NCBI RefSeq assembly: GCF_009914755.1
Contig: NC_060930.1
Source: the human T2T-CHM13v2.0 reference genome, Homo sapiens
DNA: 64,000 bases
Strand: one strand, 5' to 3'
Positions 17,006 to 29,399 of this stretch are shown one piece after another; the first letter of the stretch is position 1; each line of letters opens with the position of its first letter. The translations under genes and the position numbers were made by a program. Below the pieces are notes generated by a model that did not search any database, was not told the DNA's origin, and saw nothing but the letters and a program-made list of their open reading frames with translations.

Positions 17006-18032
17006 TTACAATTTGGCTTGTTTTTGCAGTGGCTGGTAGCAGTTGTTTCTTTTTCATGTTTAGTGCTTCCTTCAGGAGCTCTTGTAAGGCTGGCCTGGTG
17101 ATGACAAAAATCCCTCAGCATTTTCTTGTCTGTAAAGGACTTTATTTCTCCTTCACTTATGAAGCTTAGTTTAACTGGATATGAAATTCTGGGTTGAAAA
17201 TTGTTTTCTTTCAGAATGTTGAATATTGGCCCCCACTCTCTTCTGGCTTGTGGGGTTTCTGCAGAGAGATCTGCTGTTAGTCTGATGGGCTTCCTTTTGT
17301 GGGTAACTCTACCTGTCTCTCTCACTGCCCTTAACACTTTTTCTTCATTTCAACCTTGGTGAATCTGACAATTATGTGTCTTGGGATTGCTCTTCTTGAG
17401 TAGTATCTTTTTGGTGTTCTCTGTATTTCCTAAATTTGAATGTTGGCCTGCCTTGGTAATTTGGGGATGTTCTCCTGGGTAATATCCTGAAGACTGTTTT
17501 TCAACCCGTTTCCATTCTCCCTATCACTTTCAGGTACACCGATCAAATGTAGATTTGGTCTTTTCACATAGTCCCATATTTTTTGGAGGCCTTATTTATT
17601 TCTTTTTACTCTTTTTTCTCTAATCTTGTTTTCTTGCTTTATTTCATTAATTTGATCTTCCATCACTGATACCCTTTCTTCCACTTGACCAAATTGGCTA
17701 TTGAAGCTTGTGCATGCATCACGAAGTTTTTGTGCCATGATTTTCAGCTCCATCACATCATTTAAGTTCTTCTCTACACTGTTTATTCTAGTTAGCCATT
17801 CGTCTAATCTTTTTTCAAGGTTTTTAGCTTCCTTGTATTGGGTTGGAACATGCTCCTTTAGCTCAGAGAAGTTTGTGATTACCAACCTTCTGAAGCCTAC
17901 TTCTGTCAATTTGTCAAGATCATTCTCCATCCAGCTTTGTTCCGTTGCTGGTGAGGAGCTGCGATCCTTTGGAGGAGAGGAGGTGCTCTGATATTTAGAA
18001 TTTTCAGCTTTTCTGCTCTGTTTTCTCCCCAT
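17006..18032 (-). pseudogene. L1 ORF1p, disrupted
   Basis: MGRKQSRKAENSK... open for 146 aa then stop; C-terminal part KPIRLTADLSAET in another ORF. Confidence 0.9.
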
Positions 18033-20064
18033 CTTCGTGGTTTTATCTATCTGAGATCTTTGACGTTGGTGACCTACAGATGGGGTTTTGGTGTAGATGA
18101 CCTTTTTGTTGATGTTGATGCTATTCCTTTCCGTTTGTTAGTTTTTATTCTAACAGTCAGGTCCCTCAGCTGCAGGTCTGTTGGAGTTTGCTGGAGTTCC
18201 AATCCAGACCCTGTTTGCCTGGCTATCACCAGTGGAGGCTGCAGAACAGCAAATACTACAGAACAGCAAATATTGCTGCCTGATCCTTCCTCTGGAAGCT
18301 TCATCCCAGAGGGGCAGCTGCCTATATGAGGTGTCTGTTGGGCCCTACTGGGAGGTGTCTCCCAGTTAGGCTACACTGGGGCCAGGGACCCACTTGGAGG
18401 AAGTCTGTCCATTCTCAGAGCTCAAACCCCATGCTGGGAGAACCACTGCTCTCTTCAGAGCTGTCAGACAGGGATGTTTAAGTCTGCAGAAGTTGTCTGC
18501 TGCCTTTTGTTCAGCTATGCCCTGCCCACAGAGGTGGAATCTAGAGGCAGTAGGCCTTGTTGAGCTGCGGTGGGCTCTGCCCAGTTCGAGCTTCCAGGCT
18601 GCTTTGTTTACCTACTCAAGCCTCAGCAATGGTGGATGCCCCACCCCCAGCCAGGCTGCCATCTTGCAGATCGATCTCAGACTGCTGCACTAACAGTGAA
18701 CAAGGGTCCGTGGGTGTGGGAGCCATGAAGCCAGGCACAGTAGAGAATCACCTTGTCTGCCAGTTCCTATGACCTTGGGAAAAGCATAGCATTTGGGCAG
18801 GAGTGTCCTGTTTTTCCAGGTAGTCCGTCAGCTTCCCTTTGCTAGGATAGGGAAATCCCCAAACCCCTTGTGCTTCCCAGGTGAGGCGCCACCCTGCCCT
18901 GCTTCGGCTTGCCCTCTATGGGCTGCACCCACTGTCCAACAAGTCCCAGTGAGATGAATCAGGTACCTCAGTTGGAAATGCAGAAATCAACCGTCTTCTG
19001 CATCAATCATGCTGGGAGCTGCAGAACGGGGCTGTTTCTATTCAGTCCCTCTGTGTTGACCAGCTCAACTTTTATCCCTTCTCACCTCCCCTAAGGTTTT
19101 AGGGGGGCATGAAAGTTGTTATGCCTAATCAAGCCTCGATCTTTTTAGCCATTGACCTTCATTCTGAGGTTATATGCTCCCTTCCCACTGGCACTAACCA
19201 CCTCATGAACATAAAAAACACACTCTCATTTTTCAGGGGGTTCAAGGATTTTAGAAGATATATGCCCAGGCACGAAGACCAAATAAGCATATGCCACAAT
19301 ATCACAATGACCTAGATGGTCAGGTTTGAATTTTGAAATCTCAAACTCTTCAGAGTTTCTTGCTACAATGTGGCAGCATAAGACAAATATCTCCTGACAC
19401 CTGGCCTATAATTTATTCTCTTCTCTTGATATCTTGTATTTTGTATCTGTATCTTGCACTTTGTATTAGGTTGAATGGTATTCCTTCAAAAGATATGTCC
19501 AAGTCTTAGCTCTTGGCACTTGTGAATGTGATCTTATTTGGGATTAGGGTCTTTGTGGATGTAAGTAAATTAAGGATCTTAGATGAGATCATCCTGGATC
19601 ATGGGTGGGCCATAAATCCAATGACTGCTGTTCTTACAAGAGAAAGAGAGGGAGATATGACACAGTGACATGGCAAGAAGGACATGTGAAGGCAGAGGCA
19701 GAAATTGGGGTTATGTATCTATTATACAAGAAATGCTGAGGATTGCTGGAAGCATCAGAAGCTGGGACATAGCCATAGAACAGTGTCTTAGTTCATTTTC
19801 TATTGCTTATAACAGACTACTGGAAACTGGGTAATTTATAAAGAGGAATTCATCTCTTACAGTTATAGAGGCAGAGAAGTCTAAAGTTGAGTGGCCATCT
19901 CTGTTGATGTCCTTCTGGTTGATGGGGAATCTCTTCAGTGTCCAGAGATGGTGCAGGACATCACATGGTAAGGGGGCTAAGTGTGATAGTTCAGGTCTCT
20001 CTTGCTTTTAAAAATGAAGCCATCAGTCCCATTGCTATGATAATCCATTAATCCATTAACCCAT

Positions 20065-20445
20065 TGATATGGTTTGGCTCTGTGTTCCCACCAAAATCTC
20101 ATATCAAATTGTAATTTCCACATGTTGAGGGAAGAACATGGTGGGAGGTAATTGGATTATTGGGGTGTTTCCCTCCATGCTGTTCTCATGATAGTCAGTG
20201 AGTTCTCACAAGAGCAGATGGCTTTAAAGTGTGGTATGTTTCTTTTGCCCTCTCTCTCTCTCTCTTTCTCTTGCCTGCAGCTGTGTAAGACATGCCTTGC
20301 TTCCTCCTTGCCTCCTGCCATAATTGTCAGTTTTCTGAGACCTCTCCAGTCATGTGGAACTGTGAGTCAATTAAACCTCTTTTTAAAAATAAATTACCCA
20401 GTCTCAGGTAGGATCTTTATAGCAGTGTGAAAACAAATGAATACA
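20065..20445 (+). mobile_element. MaLR solo LTR (THE1D/MSTA-like)
   Basis: tgatatggtttggctc...aataca, 381 bp, TSD cccat/cccag. Confidence 0.9.
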
Positions 20446-20551
20446 CCCAGTAATCCACGAATGAATTAATCCACTCATGTGGGCAGAGCCTTCATGACCC
20501 AACCACTTAAATGTTCACTTCTCAAAAATGCAACACTGGGGATTAAGTTTC

Positions 20552-20875
20552 TTTTCTTTTCTCTTCCTTTTCTTCTCTTTTTCCTTTCCTTTTCTTTGAG
20601 TAAGGGTCTTGCTTTGTAACCCAGGCTGGAGTGCAGTGCCATGATCATGGTTCACTGAAATCTTTATCTCCAAAGCTTAAGCAATCATCCCACCTCAACC
20701 TCCTGAGTAGCTGGAACTACAGGTGTAGGCCACCACACTTGGCCATTTAATTTTTTTTGTAGAGATGGGGTCTCACTATATTGCCAGTCTGGTCTTGAAC
20801 TGCTTATCTCAAGTGGTCCTCTTGCCACAGGCTCCCAAAGTGCTGGGATTACAGGCATAAGCTACCATGCCTGGT
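20552..20875 (-). mobile_element. AluJ
   Basis: Diverged dimer with CT-rich tail; TSD ggggattaagtttc / ggagagtaagtttc. Confidence 0.88.
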
Positions 20876-21244
20876 GGAGAGTAAGTTTCAATGTGAGTTT
20901 TGCATGGCACAGATATTTAAAACATAGCAAATAGATCTTCCCTCAGAGCCTTCAGAAGGAATCAACCCTGCCAATACCCTAATTTTGAACTTTTGGTCTC
21001 CAGAAATTTGAGAAAATAAATTTTTGTTGTTGTAAGCCACCAAGTTTGTGGTAATTTGTTATGGAAGCCCTGGGGAAAAGAGACAATCTTGAAACAGCCT
21101 TGCATGCACAAGAATGGACTCCCCAGCTCAGGCATCACAACTGTGACCTCACCCCATGAAATCAATTGTCCTTTGGTTACCCCTTAAGCCAACAGATGTG
21201 TACACCAGCTCAGTCACCTGTCAAAACAGACCTGAGGATGAGGC

Positions 21245-21609
21245 CCATTTTGGTCCTTTCAGGCTGCTATAACAAATGTTCTTAATCTACTTAATTTATA
21301 AATAACAGAAATTTATTGCTCACAGTTCTGGAGGCTGTGAAGTCCAAAATCAAGACACTAGCAGATTGATGTCTGGTAAGAAATAGCCCTCTCTGCTTCT
21401 AAGATTGTTCCTTCTTACTATGTACTCATATGACAGAAGGGATGAACAAGAAACCATGGGTCTTTTTTCTAAGGGAATTCATCCCATTCATGAGGGCTCC
21501 ATCCATGTGGCTTAATCACCTTCCAAAGACCTCATTTCTTAATACTACTGCATTAGGAATTAGGTTTTAACATATGAATTTTGGGGGACACAAACATTCA
21601 GACAATAAC
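21245..21609 (-). mobile_element. MLT1A/MSTD-like MaLR LTR
   Basis: caggctgctataacaaa..atttattgctcacagttctggaggc..ggggacacaaacattcagac. Confidence 0.75.
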
Positions 21610-21800
21610 AAGGCTCAAGCCGGCTTGAAAGTGGCTTGAGGTTGTTGAGACAGGGAGTTCTGGGTATGCATATATAATCTTGAAGGATGTAGGTTCTGAT
21701 TGATACCTCCCTTTGGCCTTGTGGAATCCTTGCCCCATAGACAGCTGAAGGAGTATCAGAGTGGAACTTGCCAAAAGCTCCTTGCTTAGTTCTAAGAGTG

Positions 21801-22312
21801 TGTGTTGGTTAATTTTATATGTCAACTTGACTGGGCTAAGGAATACCCAGATAGCTGGCAGCAAATTATTTCTGGGCATGTCTGCAAAGATGTTTCCAGA
21901 AGAGATTAGCATTTAAATTAGTCTAATAAGTAAAGCAGATCTACCCTCACAAATATGGTTGGTCATCATCCAATCCATTAAGGGCCTGCCTAGAACAAAA
22001 TGTGGAGGAAGGACAAATTTACCCTTTCTGTTTGAGCTGAACCATTCATTTTTTCCGATTCTCAGACATAGATGCTTCTGGTTTATGGGCCTTCAGACTC
22101 ATACTGGGATTTATATTATTGGCTCCATTGGTTCTTCAGCCTTTTGGCTTTGAGTAGAACTGGCTTTCCTGGGCCTCCAGTGTGTTGATAGCAGATTGTG
22201 GGACTTCTCAGCCTCCATAATCATTTGAGCCAATCCCTCATTATAAATCTATTTCTGTATATCTATATATGTCATATTGGCTCTGTTTCTCTAGAAAACC
22301 CTGATGAATACA
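21801..22312 (+). mobile_element. MLT2 (ERVL) solo LTR
   Basis: tgtgttggttaattttatatgtcaacttgactggg...ctagaaaaccctgatgaataca. Confidence 0.85.
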
Positions 22313-22577
22313 AGGTGGTACTGCTAATGGTCTCTTTCTGTCTAGGTTATTTAACTTCTTAGCAGCATTTTATTCAGTTAATCACTATCTCCTCCTCTGT
22401 TCTCTGAAACACTTTTCTCATTTGGTGCCTGCGGTCTCTCACTCTCCTAGTGTTATTGCCACCTTCTTGGCCACTCTTTTCAGTTTTCTTTGCTGGTTGT
22501 TCTTCTTTAAATGTTGGAGTGCCCTACCTTCTTTATGTAGCTATACTCTATCTTTAGTATTCTCTTTTCTCTCTCCC

Positions 22578-22882
22578 TTTTTTTTTTTTTTAGACAGGGT
22601 CTCATTCTCTTGCCCAGAATGGAGTGTAGTGGCATGATGTTGGCTCACTGCAACCTCAACCTCCTGAACCTCCTGTGTTCAAGTGATTCTCCTGCCTCAG
22701 CCTCTTGTGTAGCTGGAATTACAGGCATGTGTCACCATACCTGGCTAATTTCTGTATTTTTAGTAGAGACGAGGTTTCACCATGTTGGCCAGGCTGGTCT
22801 CAAACACCTGACCTGGAGGTGATTCGCCTGCCTTGGCCTCTCAAAGTGCTGGGATTACAGGTATGAGCTATCGTGCCCAGCC
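22578..22882 (-). mobile_element. AluS (Sx-like) within the poly(A) tail of the MER41 retrocopy
   Basis: Full dimer; small internal duplication caacctcaacctcctgaacctcctg. Confidence 0.93.
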
Positions 22883-23037
22883 TCCTTCTTTCTTTCTTTT
22901 TATTTTTAAAATGAAAGCAAGTTTATTAAGAAAGTAAAGAAATAAAAGAATGGGTACTCCATAGCCAGAGCAGCAGCATGGGCGGCTTGACTGGGTATAC
23001 TTATTTTTTGATCATAGTGGTGGATTATTCATGAGTT

Positions 23038-23067
23038 TTCCAGGAAAAGTGTGGGTAATTCCTAGAA
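23038..23067. promoter_or_regulatory. Tandem GAS (STAT) motifs in MER41 U3
   Basis: TTCCAGGAA 23038-23046 and TTCCTAGAA 23059-23067; motif match only, activity unknown. Confidence 0.55.
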
Positions 23068-23395
23068 CTGAGGGTTCCTCTTCTTTTTAGACCATAAAGG
23101 TTAACTTCCTGACATTTCCATGGAATTTGTAAACTGTCATAGTGTGGGTGGGAGTGTCTTTTAGCATGCTAATGCATTATAATTAGCATATAATGAGTAG
23201 TGAGGATGACTAGGTCACTTTCATTGACATCTTAGTTTTGGCGGGTTTTGGCAGGCTTCTTTACTACATCCTGTTTTGTCAGCAAAGTCTTTGTGACTTA
23301 TATCTTGTACTGACCTCCTATTTCATTCTGTGACTAAGAATGCCTAACCTCCTGGGAATGCAGCCCAGTAGGTCTCAGGCTTATTTTATCCAGAC

Positions 23396-23767
23396 TAATA
23401 TGGTTTGGCTCTGTATCCCCACCCAAATTTCATGTCAAATTGTAATTTCCAATGTTGGGGGAGGTACCTGGTGGGAGGTGACTGGATTTTGGGGGTGGAT
23501 TTTCCCCTTGCTGTTTTTATGATAGTGAGTGAGCGCTCATGAGATATGGTTGTTTGAAAGTGTGTAGAACTTTCCCCTTCACTCTCTCTTCCTCCTGCTC
23601 TGGCCATGTGAAGACGTGCCTTTCTTCCCCTTCACCTTCCACCATGATTGTAATTTTCCTGAGGCCTCCCCAGCCATGCAGAACTGTGAGTCAATTAAAT
23701 CTCTTTTCTTTATAAATGACCCAGTTTCAGGTATGTCTTTATAGCAGTGTGAGACTCGACTAAAACA
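23396..23767 (+). mobile_element. MaLR solo LTR (THE1D/MSTA-like) inside MER41 U3
   Basis: taatatggtttggctc...gactaaaaca; TSD cagac/cagcc. Confidence 0.88.
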
Positions 23768-24119
23768 CAGCCCCTATTCAAGATGGAGTCACTCTGGATG
23801 GAATGCCTCGGACATATTCCCCCCTCCCTTTTACAAGGGGACCCTTAATTCTAAGGGTTGCAGAAGGATGAAGATCCATCTTCTATAACTTCTTCAGACT
23901 GAATAGAGGTGATGATATTTCTGCCTATTAGGGTATCTTGTATTCAGTGTAGAGAGGAGCTCATTCTGAAAGCATCAATATGGTGAGGGCCATCTATAAC
24001 TCTGAGTTCTGACCAAAGGTGATATCCATCCCTCTTGTTTGTTCTGAGCTGAAACCAAAGTTCACTGGTTGGTTCAAAGGAATAAGCAGGGTCAGTTGCA
24101 GGTCAAGAACTCTATACAG

Positions 24120-24648
24120 CTGGGGTTCCCAACCCCTGGGCCATGGACTGATACCAGTCTGTGGACTGTTAGGAATTGGGCTGCACAGTAGGTGGTGAGT
24201 GGTGAGCATGTGTGCAAAGCTTCATGTTTATTTACTGTTGCTCCCCATCACTTGCATTACTGCCTGAGCTCTGCCTCTTGTCAGACGAGTGGTGGCATTA
24301 GACTCTCATAGAATTGTGAGCCTTATTGTGAACTGCACATATGAGGGATCTAGGTTGCATGCTCCTTATGAGAATCCAATGCCTGATGATCTGTCAGTGT
24401 CTCCCATCATCCCTAGATGAGACTGTCTGGTTGCAGGAAAACAAGCTCAGGGCTCCCACTGATTCTACATTATGGTGAGTTGTATAATTATTTCATGATA
24501 TTATATGTTACAATGTAATAACAATAGAAATAAATTGCACAAAAAATTTAATGTGCTTGAATCATCGTGAACCCCCACACCCCACCCCAGTGAAAAAGTA
24601 GTCTTCCATGAAACCGATCACTGGTGCCAAAATTGTTGGTGACCACTG
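24120..24648. mobile_element. MER1A (hAT-Charlie) DNA transposon
   Basis: 529 bp, TIR-like ctggggttcccaac / gttggtgaccactg, 8-bp TSD ctatacag/ctgtacag. Confidence 0.88.
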
Positions 24649-26049
24649 CTGTACAGGGACTATGTAGACAAAATATGAGGCCAGTTTTCCAAACAGGATT
24701 TGATCGGCTCTATGAGTAAAATTTGATTCCTTAAAAGTGTGTTTTTATCTAAAAGCCTTGGTAGGAAAACCAGTGTCTCAAATTGTGTCCCAAAGTGTCA
24801 CCAATTGTTGGCTAATTGGTGCTGCAGTCAATTTCCTTGGGGTTGGGGGGTCTCTTTAGTATAATCCCTTTGTGGTTCATCAGGAAGATGTTACTGGAAA
24901 AGGGTCTGATCTAGACCCCAACAGAGAGTTTTTGGACCTCACACAAGAAAGAATTTGGGGGAAGTCCATAGAGTAAGGTGAAACCAAGTTTATTAAGAAA
25001 GTAAAGGGATCAAAGAATGGCTATTCCATAGGCAGGACAGCCTATCTTTAGTATTTTCATGCAGTTTTTTTTAAATGCTCATGTCTATCAAATTTGTATC
25101 TTTAGCTCAGCCCTCTCCTGAACTCCTGACTTTTGTATTCAATTATGTTTTATGTCTCCATTTGGAGAATCTAGTAGGCTTCTAAGAATTCACATGTCCA
25201 AAAGCACTCTTCAGTACCCCTAAACTTGTACCTCCACCAGGATTCTCAATCTCCATTAATGTACTTTCACCTATCCCATTGATCAGGGTAAAAATCTTAG
25301 AGGTGTTCTTGAGTCTCCCTCTTACTCTCTGCATCCAATTAGTTGGCAAATTATCAGTTGGGTTTCTAAAATACATCCTAAATCTGACAACTTATTTTCA
25401 TCTTCATTTTTATTAATTTAAACCTTGGCCAAGCCAGAGACTGGGTTTCTCCCTAGTCTTGTGTGCACACAGTTTTGCACACAGGACAAATGGAAGTAAT
25501 AAATAAAGTATCTAAACCAGATTATATCACTCTTCAGCTAAAGCCTTAATTGGCTTCCATCATGCTTTGAATAACATCCCAAATCCTCTCTATGGCCTCT
25601 GTGACTTGCCCTTGCTCACCTTAGTCTTCATCCCCACCACTCTTCCCTTTGCTCACTGTAGTCCAGCCACACTGACACTCTTGCATTCTCAAACATGCCA
25701 AGCTTAATTCTGCCTCAGAGACTTCTGTGATTCTGATTCTCTCTTCTCAGACCTCAGATGTTTGCATTCAGGGTCCCCTCGTTTTTGAGGTTTCTGCATT
25801 CTGTTCTCCTATTTAAAATAGACATGTAATTACCCAGCTAACTCTCTATCCAATTACCTTGTTTTAATTTTTTCATAGTACTCATCTCTAAGCTCCACAG
25901 GTTGGAAATTGTATGTTTTGTTATAGTGTCTTCAGCACCAATAACTGTGTCTGTCAGAGAGATAGTTGGTACTCAATAAACATTTATGGGGTTAAGGCAT
26001 GTATAAGATAAAATTTCTCATCTTTGGAGTAGGTTATTTTTATATGTAA

Positions 26050-26700
26050 ATAATAATACAAAATAGAAAGTGGCAAATTTTTGTAGGAAAGCCAGATGTA
26101 AAATGCTATGAGTGTTTAGGGGCAAAAAATAGTATTATATGGTGATCTCAAGGAAGTCTTTCAGAAGGTCAAATTTGAGTTGGGTTTATACAAAGGAGGC
26201 ACTTCAGAGATGGAGAGGAAAAGACATTCTGAATAATATGTTATTATAAGCAAGATTTAGAGATGGAAAGCTTAGAGTGCATGTGGAGAAGAGGAAGTTG
26301 TTTTAATTGAAGGACAAGGGAAGAGCAAGTGTGGAAAACAAGGTTGTGATTTCTATTAGGGTCAGTCTTTGGAGTACTTGTACGATTACTGGAGAACATG
26401 GTGTTCATTCTTTAAGCAATGGGGAAGGGTTTATGTAGGAGAGTAACATAATTGGAGCAGGGGGGTCTGGAAGGTCACTGGGAATTATGTATGAATGGAT
26501 TGCAGCAAGGAGAGGTGGTATGTAGGTGGTATGTTACAGGAGTTAATTATGTGACCAGTATACTTTTCCAAATGGGCAGTTTTGAGGTGCTGGACTCTGA
26601 GTGAGAGAGGTGGCAGAGGGAATGGAGAGGGAAGCAGGATTGTGATAGAGGTGGTAAAAGCAGAATCAGTAGACTTGACAGCTAATTGGTCTTACAAACT
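26050..26700 (-). mobile_element. Degraded L2 fragment(s)
   Basis: Purine-rich L2-like antisense phrases (tttgagttggg, ttcattctttaagcaatggggaag, agaatcagtagacttg). Confidence 0.45.
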
Positions 26701-27624
26701 GTGACATTCCTCCTCTTTCTGTTTTAGTATTTATTTTACTGCTAATTGCTATTAGCTGTAGCATTAATCTTAGTAATTGCAATTATTTGAATGTTTGATA
26801 AAAGCTATTATATTAATGTTCACAATTTTGTAATCAGTTTTGTCAAAAGTCTTAAAAGCTAAGTAGCAGATGCCTGCTTTCAGAGGATAATAATGGATCA
26901 CCACATGCTAGATACAATTACAAAGTTAAAATTGCTCTCACACTGTACATTTATGAGGACAATAATCCCTTGGGATGCTATTTAAAATACACAGAGCCAA
27001 ATCCTACCCTCAGGCTGAATTAATGAGTCTCCTGAACTGTGAATGCTTGTCAGTTGGCAGAATTTAAATCTCATCAAATACAGTGGAAGCCTTTCCATGC
27101 ACACTATATTTTCCTCCATGAGAAATAAATTTATATAATTATGCAAGATCAATAGATTTCTATCTTTCTCTCTCCGTGTGTGTGTATTTGGATGCAGTGA
27201 TATGTTTACTGTCACCAATGAACAGGAACCCATTTTACGGGTAACCCATGTACGGTAAATTCTGATAATATATTATTGCTGGGCATTGAGTGTTGAATCT
27301 ACAGTGTAATTAAATACATGTCTTAATACACTATATTCATGGGGGTTCTATTTCTTTGAAACTCTTCTTGGTTTCTTTATATAAAAAGGTGAGTTGTCAA
27401 CATATTAAAAAAGTAATGAATTATAAACACATTAAAATAACTGTGACTTCATTTCATGTATTCTAATTTCAATGCATATTTTAATTCTGATATCCCAGTC
27501 ACTTGGTCATATCAGATAACATGGAAATTCCAGTGCCTGGATCTATATACAGCTGTTGTATTTGAGTAAATGAAAGTTATTATATTTCCATTTAAGATTT
27601 GCATTTTAGATATTTGTGGCTGTT

Positions 27625-27830
27625 TGTGCAGACTCTGTAGCCAGACTGCCTGGATTTAGCTTTCTGACTTAGGTAATACACCTGACTTCTCTGTGCTTTA
27701 AGTTCCTCATCTGTAAAATGGGAATGATAATTATACCTACCTGTCAGAATTATTATGAAGGATTAAATGATTTAATTTGTGTGTGGCCCAACACGTAGTG
27801 AAAACTTAGTAGGTGTTAGCTATTATTACT
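27625..27830 (+). mobile_element. MIR
   Basis: Core ttcctcatctgtaaaatggg..ataattatacctacc..gattaaatga. Confidence 0.8.
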
Positions 27831-28809
27831 GATGTCAAATATACATGCATTGCTATTAAAATTAAAGTTAATACCTGTAAATGCTAAATTATGATTCAGT
27901 GATTAATGTACTTTTATAACTTCAGTACTAGCTAGAAGTGATAGTTCTTTTCCAAATCTTTCCATAGTATTTTCTGCTTTGAGGAACAAAGGATATTATG
28001 TACTATGTGGATATTTTCCCTAATTATAGGTAGTAAGTAAAAATTATACAGCTCAGTTTAACTGCCTTTGAATGTCTATTGGCATTTATATCAGTGAATG
28101 TAATAGGCAAATAATATATAATGTTGAATTGGTAAATAATGACACATTCAATTCAGTGACACATTTGCTAATAACTATTACCAATTGCACTAACTGTATA
28201 CCAATAATTTGAAAGGTATAATAAAATCTATTATTTTTATAGTCATAATTCAATTATTAGTCTTACATTTATCAATATTTATCGTAAACTCTCATAATAA
28301 AAAATAGAATAGAGAGGCAGGAAAATTTTTTTGCTCCCTTCAACCATATTTTCCCTATATTTAAAAAAGAAAGAGAAATTTCAAAACAAAACAAGAAGCC
28401 AAAGCAAACATACCACTCATCCCTGCTAAACTACTGCCATTTTCAGACATCTTGAGTTTTTTTTTTCCCTTTGGTGGCAAATTCTTGAGATGAGTAGTTA
28501 ATACATCTTGAACATATTGATCACACTGGAACACATTTACATGCTGTTTTCATTCCCATTCTGTACTGTGTCAGCACTCAACAAAAATGACTGTATTCTC
28601 TTATTTCCCCAGTCCTTGGCCATATCCTCATTATCTTCCTATATTTCCTAGTAATGGATATTCCTTATGCCTATCACTTGGGTCACATCTCTTCCATTTT
28701 TTCTCTTACTAAATTAATTCTTTTGGATGTATTATCTATACTTTTAAATTTCAATTAGGTGCTTGTCATTCACATTTTTTATCATTAGTTCTAACTTCTG
28801 CCATTATCT

Positions 28810-29306
28810 ATGAGACATCCTGGGGATGCTATAACAAAGCACCACATGTTAAATGACTTAAAATAATAGAAATGTACTCTGACAATTCTGGAGGCCAGAA
28901 GTCCAAAATAAATGTGTCAGCAGGGCTGTACTCCCTCACAGGCTTCCAAGGCTCTAGGGGAAAAATCCTTCCTTGTCTCTTCCACTTCTGGTGGCTTACA
29001 GCCAGTTCCTGCCTTCCTTGGCATGCGGCCACCTTACTCCGGTCTCTGCCCCTGTCTTCATATCACTGGTCCTCTGTCTGTCTTCTCCTTTTCTGCCTGT
29101 CTCTTCTGTGTGTCTCTCTTTTATAAGGACATTCAACATTGAATTTAGGGCTCACCTGGATAATTCAGGCTATCTCTTCATCTCAAGATTGAGCTCTCAC
29201 TTAAGTTACATATGCAGAGATTCTTTTACCAAAGAGGATAATCTGCAAGTTCTAGAAACTGGACATGGACATATCTTTTTGAGGGCTACTATTCAACCCA
29301 CTACAC
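28810..29306 (-). mobile_element. MLT1 MaLR LTR
   Basis: gctataacaaagcaccaca..ttctggaggccagaagtccaaa..attcaacccactaca. Confidence 0.78.
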
Positions 29307-29399
29307 AAGGTGTAAGAAAAACACTGCATAATCAGATGAGGAATGACAACCTATACCAGATCTAGTGTTGAGTATTAGTGGGAGGTTGGGGGCTGGTGT

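Larger units (their letters stand above)
19784..20929 (-). mobile_element. MST-family LTR containing a THE1D/MSTA LTR and an AluJ
   Basis: tgtcttagttcatttt...aaacatagca; 5-bp TSD aacag/aatag. Confidence 0.75.
19462..21085 (+). mobile_element. MLT1 (C/D-like) MaLR LTR, split by a nested stack at 19784-20929
   Basis: tgtattaggttgaatgg..cttgtgaatgtgatcttatttgg start; ccctcagagccttcagaagg..gtaatttgttatggaagccc end. Confidence 0.8.
22565..25041 (-). mobile_element. Processed (L1-mobilised) MER41 ERV1 transcript: R-U5 (25041-24889), internal (24888-23815), U3-R (23814-22908), poly(A)
   Basis: MER41B-type LTR sequence; 5' LTR lacks U3, 3' LTR lacks U5; PBS-like 24865-24882; PPT 23815-23832; AATAAA 15 nt before the A tail; 17-bp TSD at 22548-22564 and 25042-25058. 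Confidence 0.85.
22330..25990 (+). mobile_element. L2 (L2a-like) fragment split by the MER41 retrocopy (22330-22564 and 25042-25990)
   Basis: L2-type CT-rich sequence on both sides, ending gtactcaataaacattt. Confidence 0.65.
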
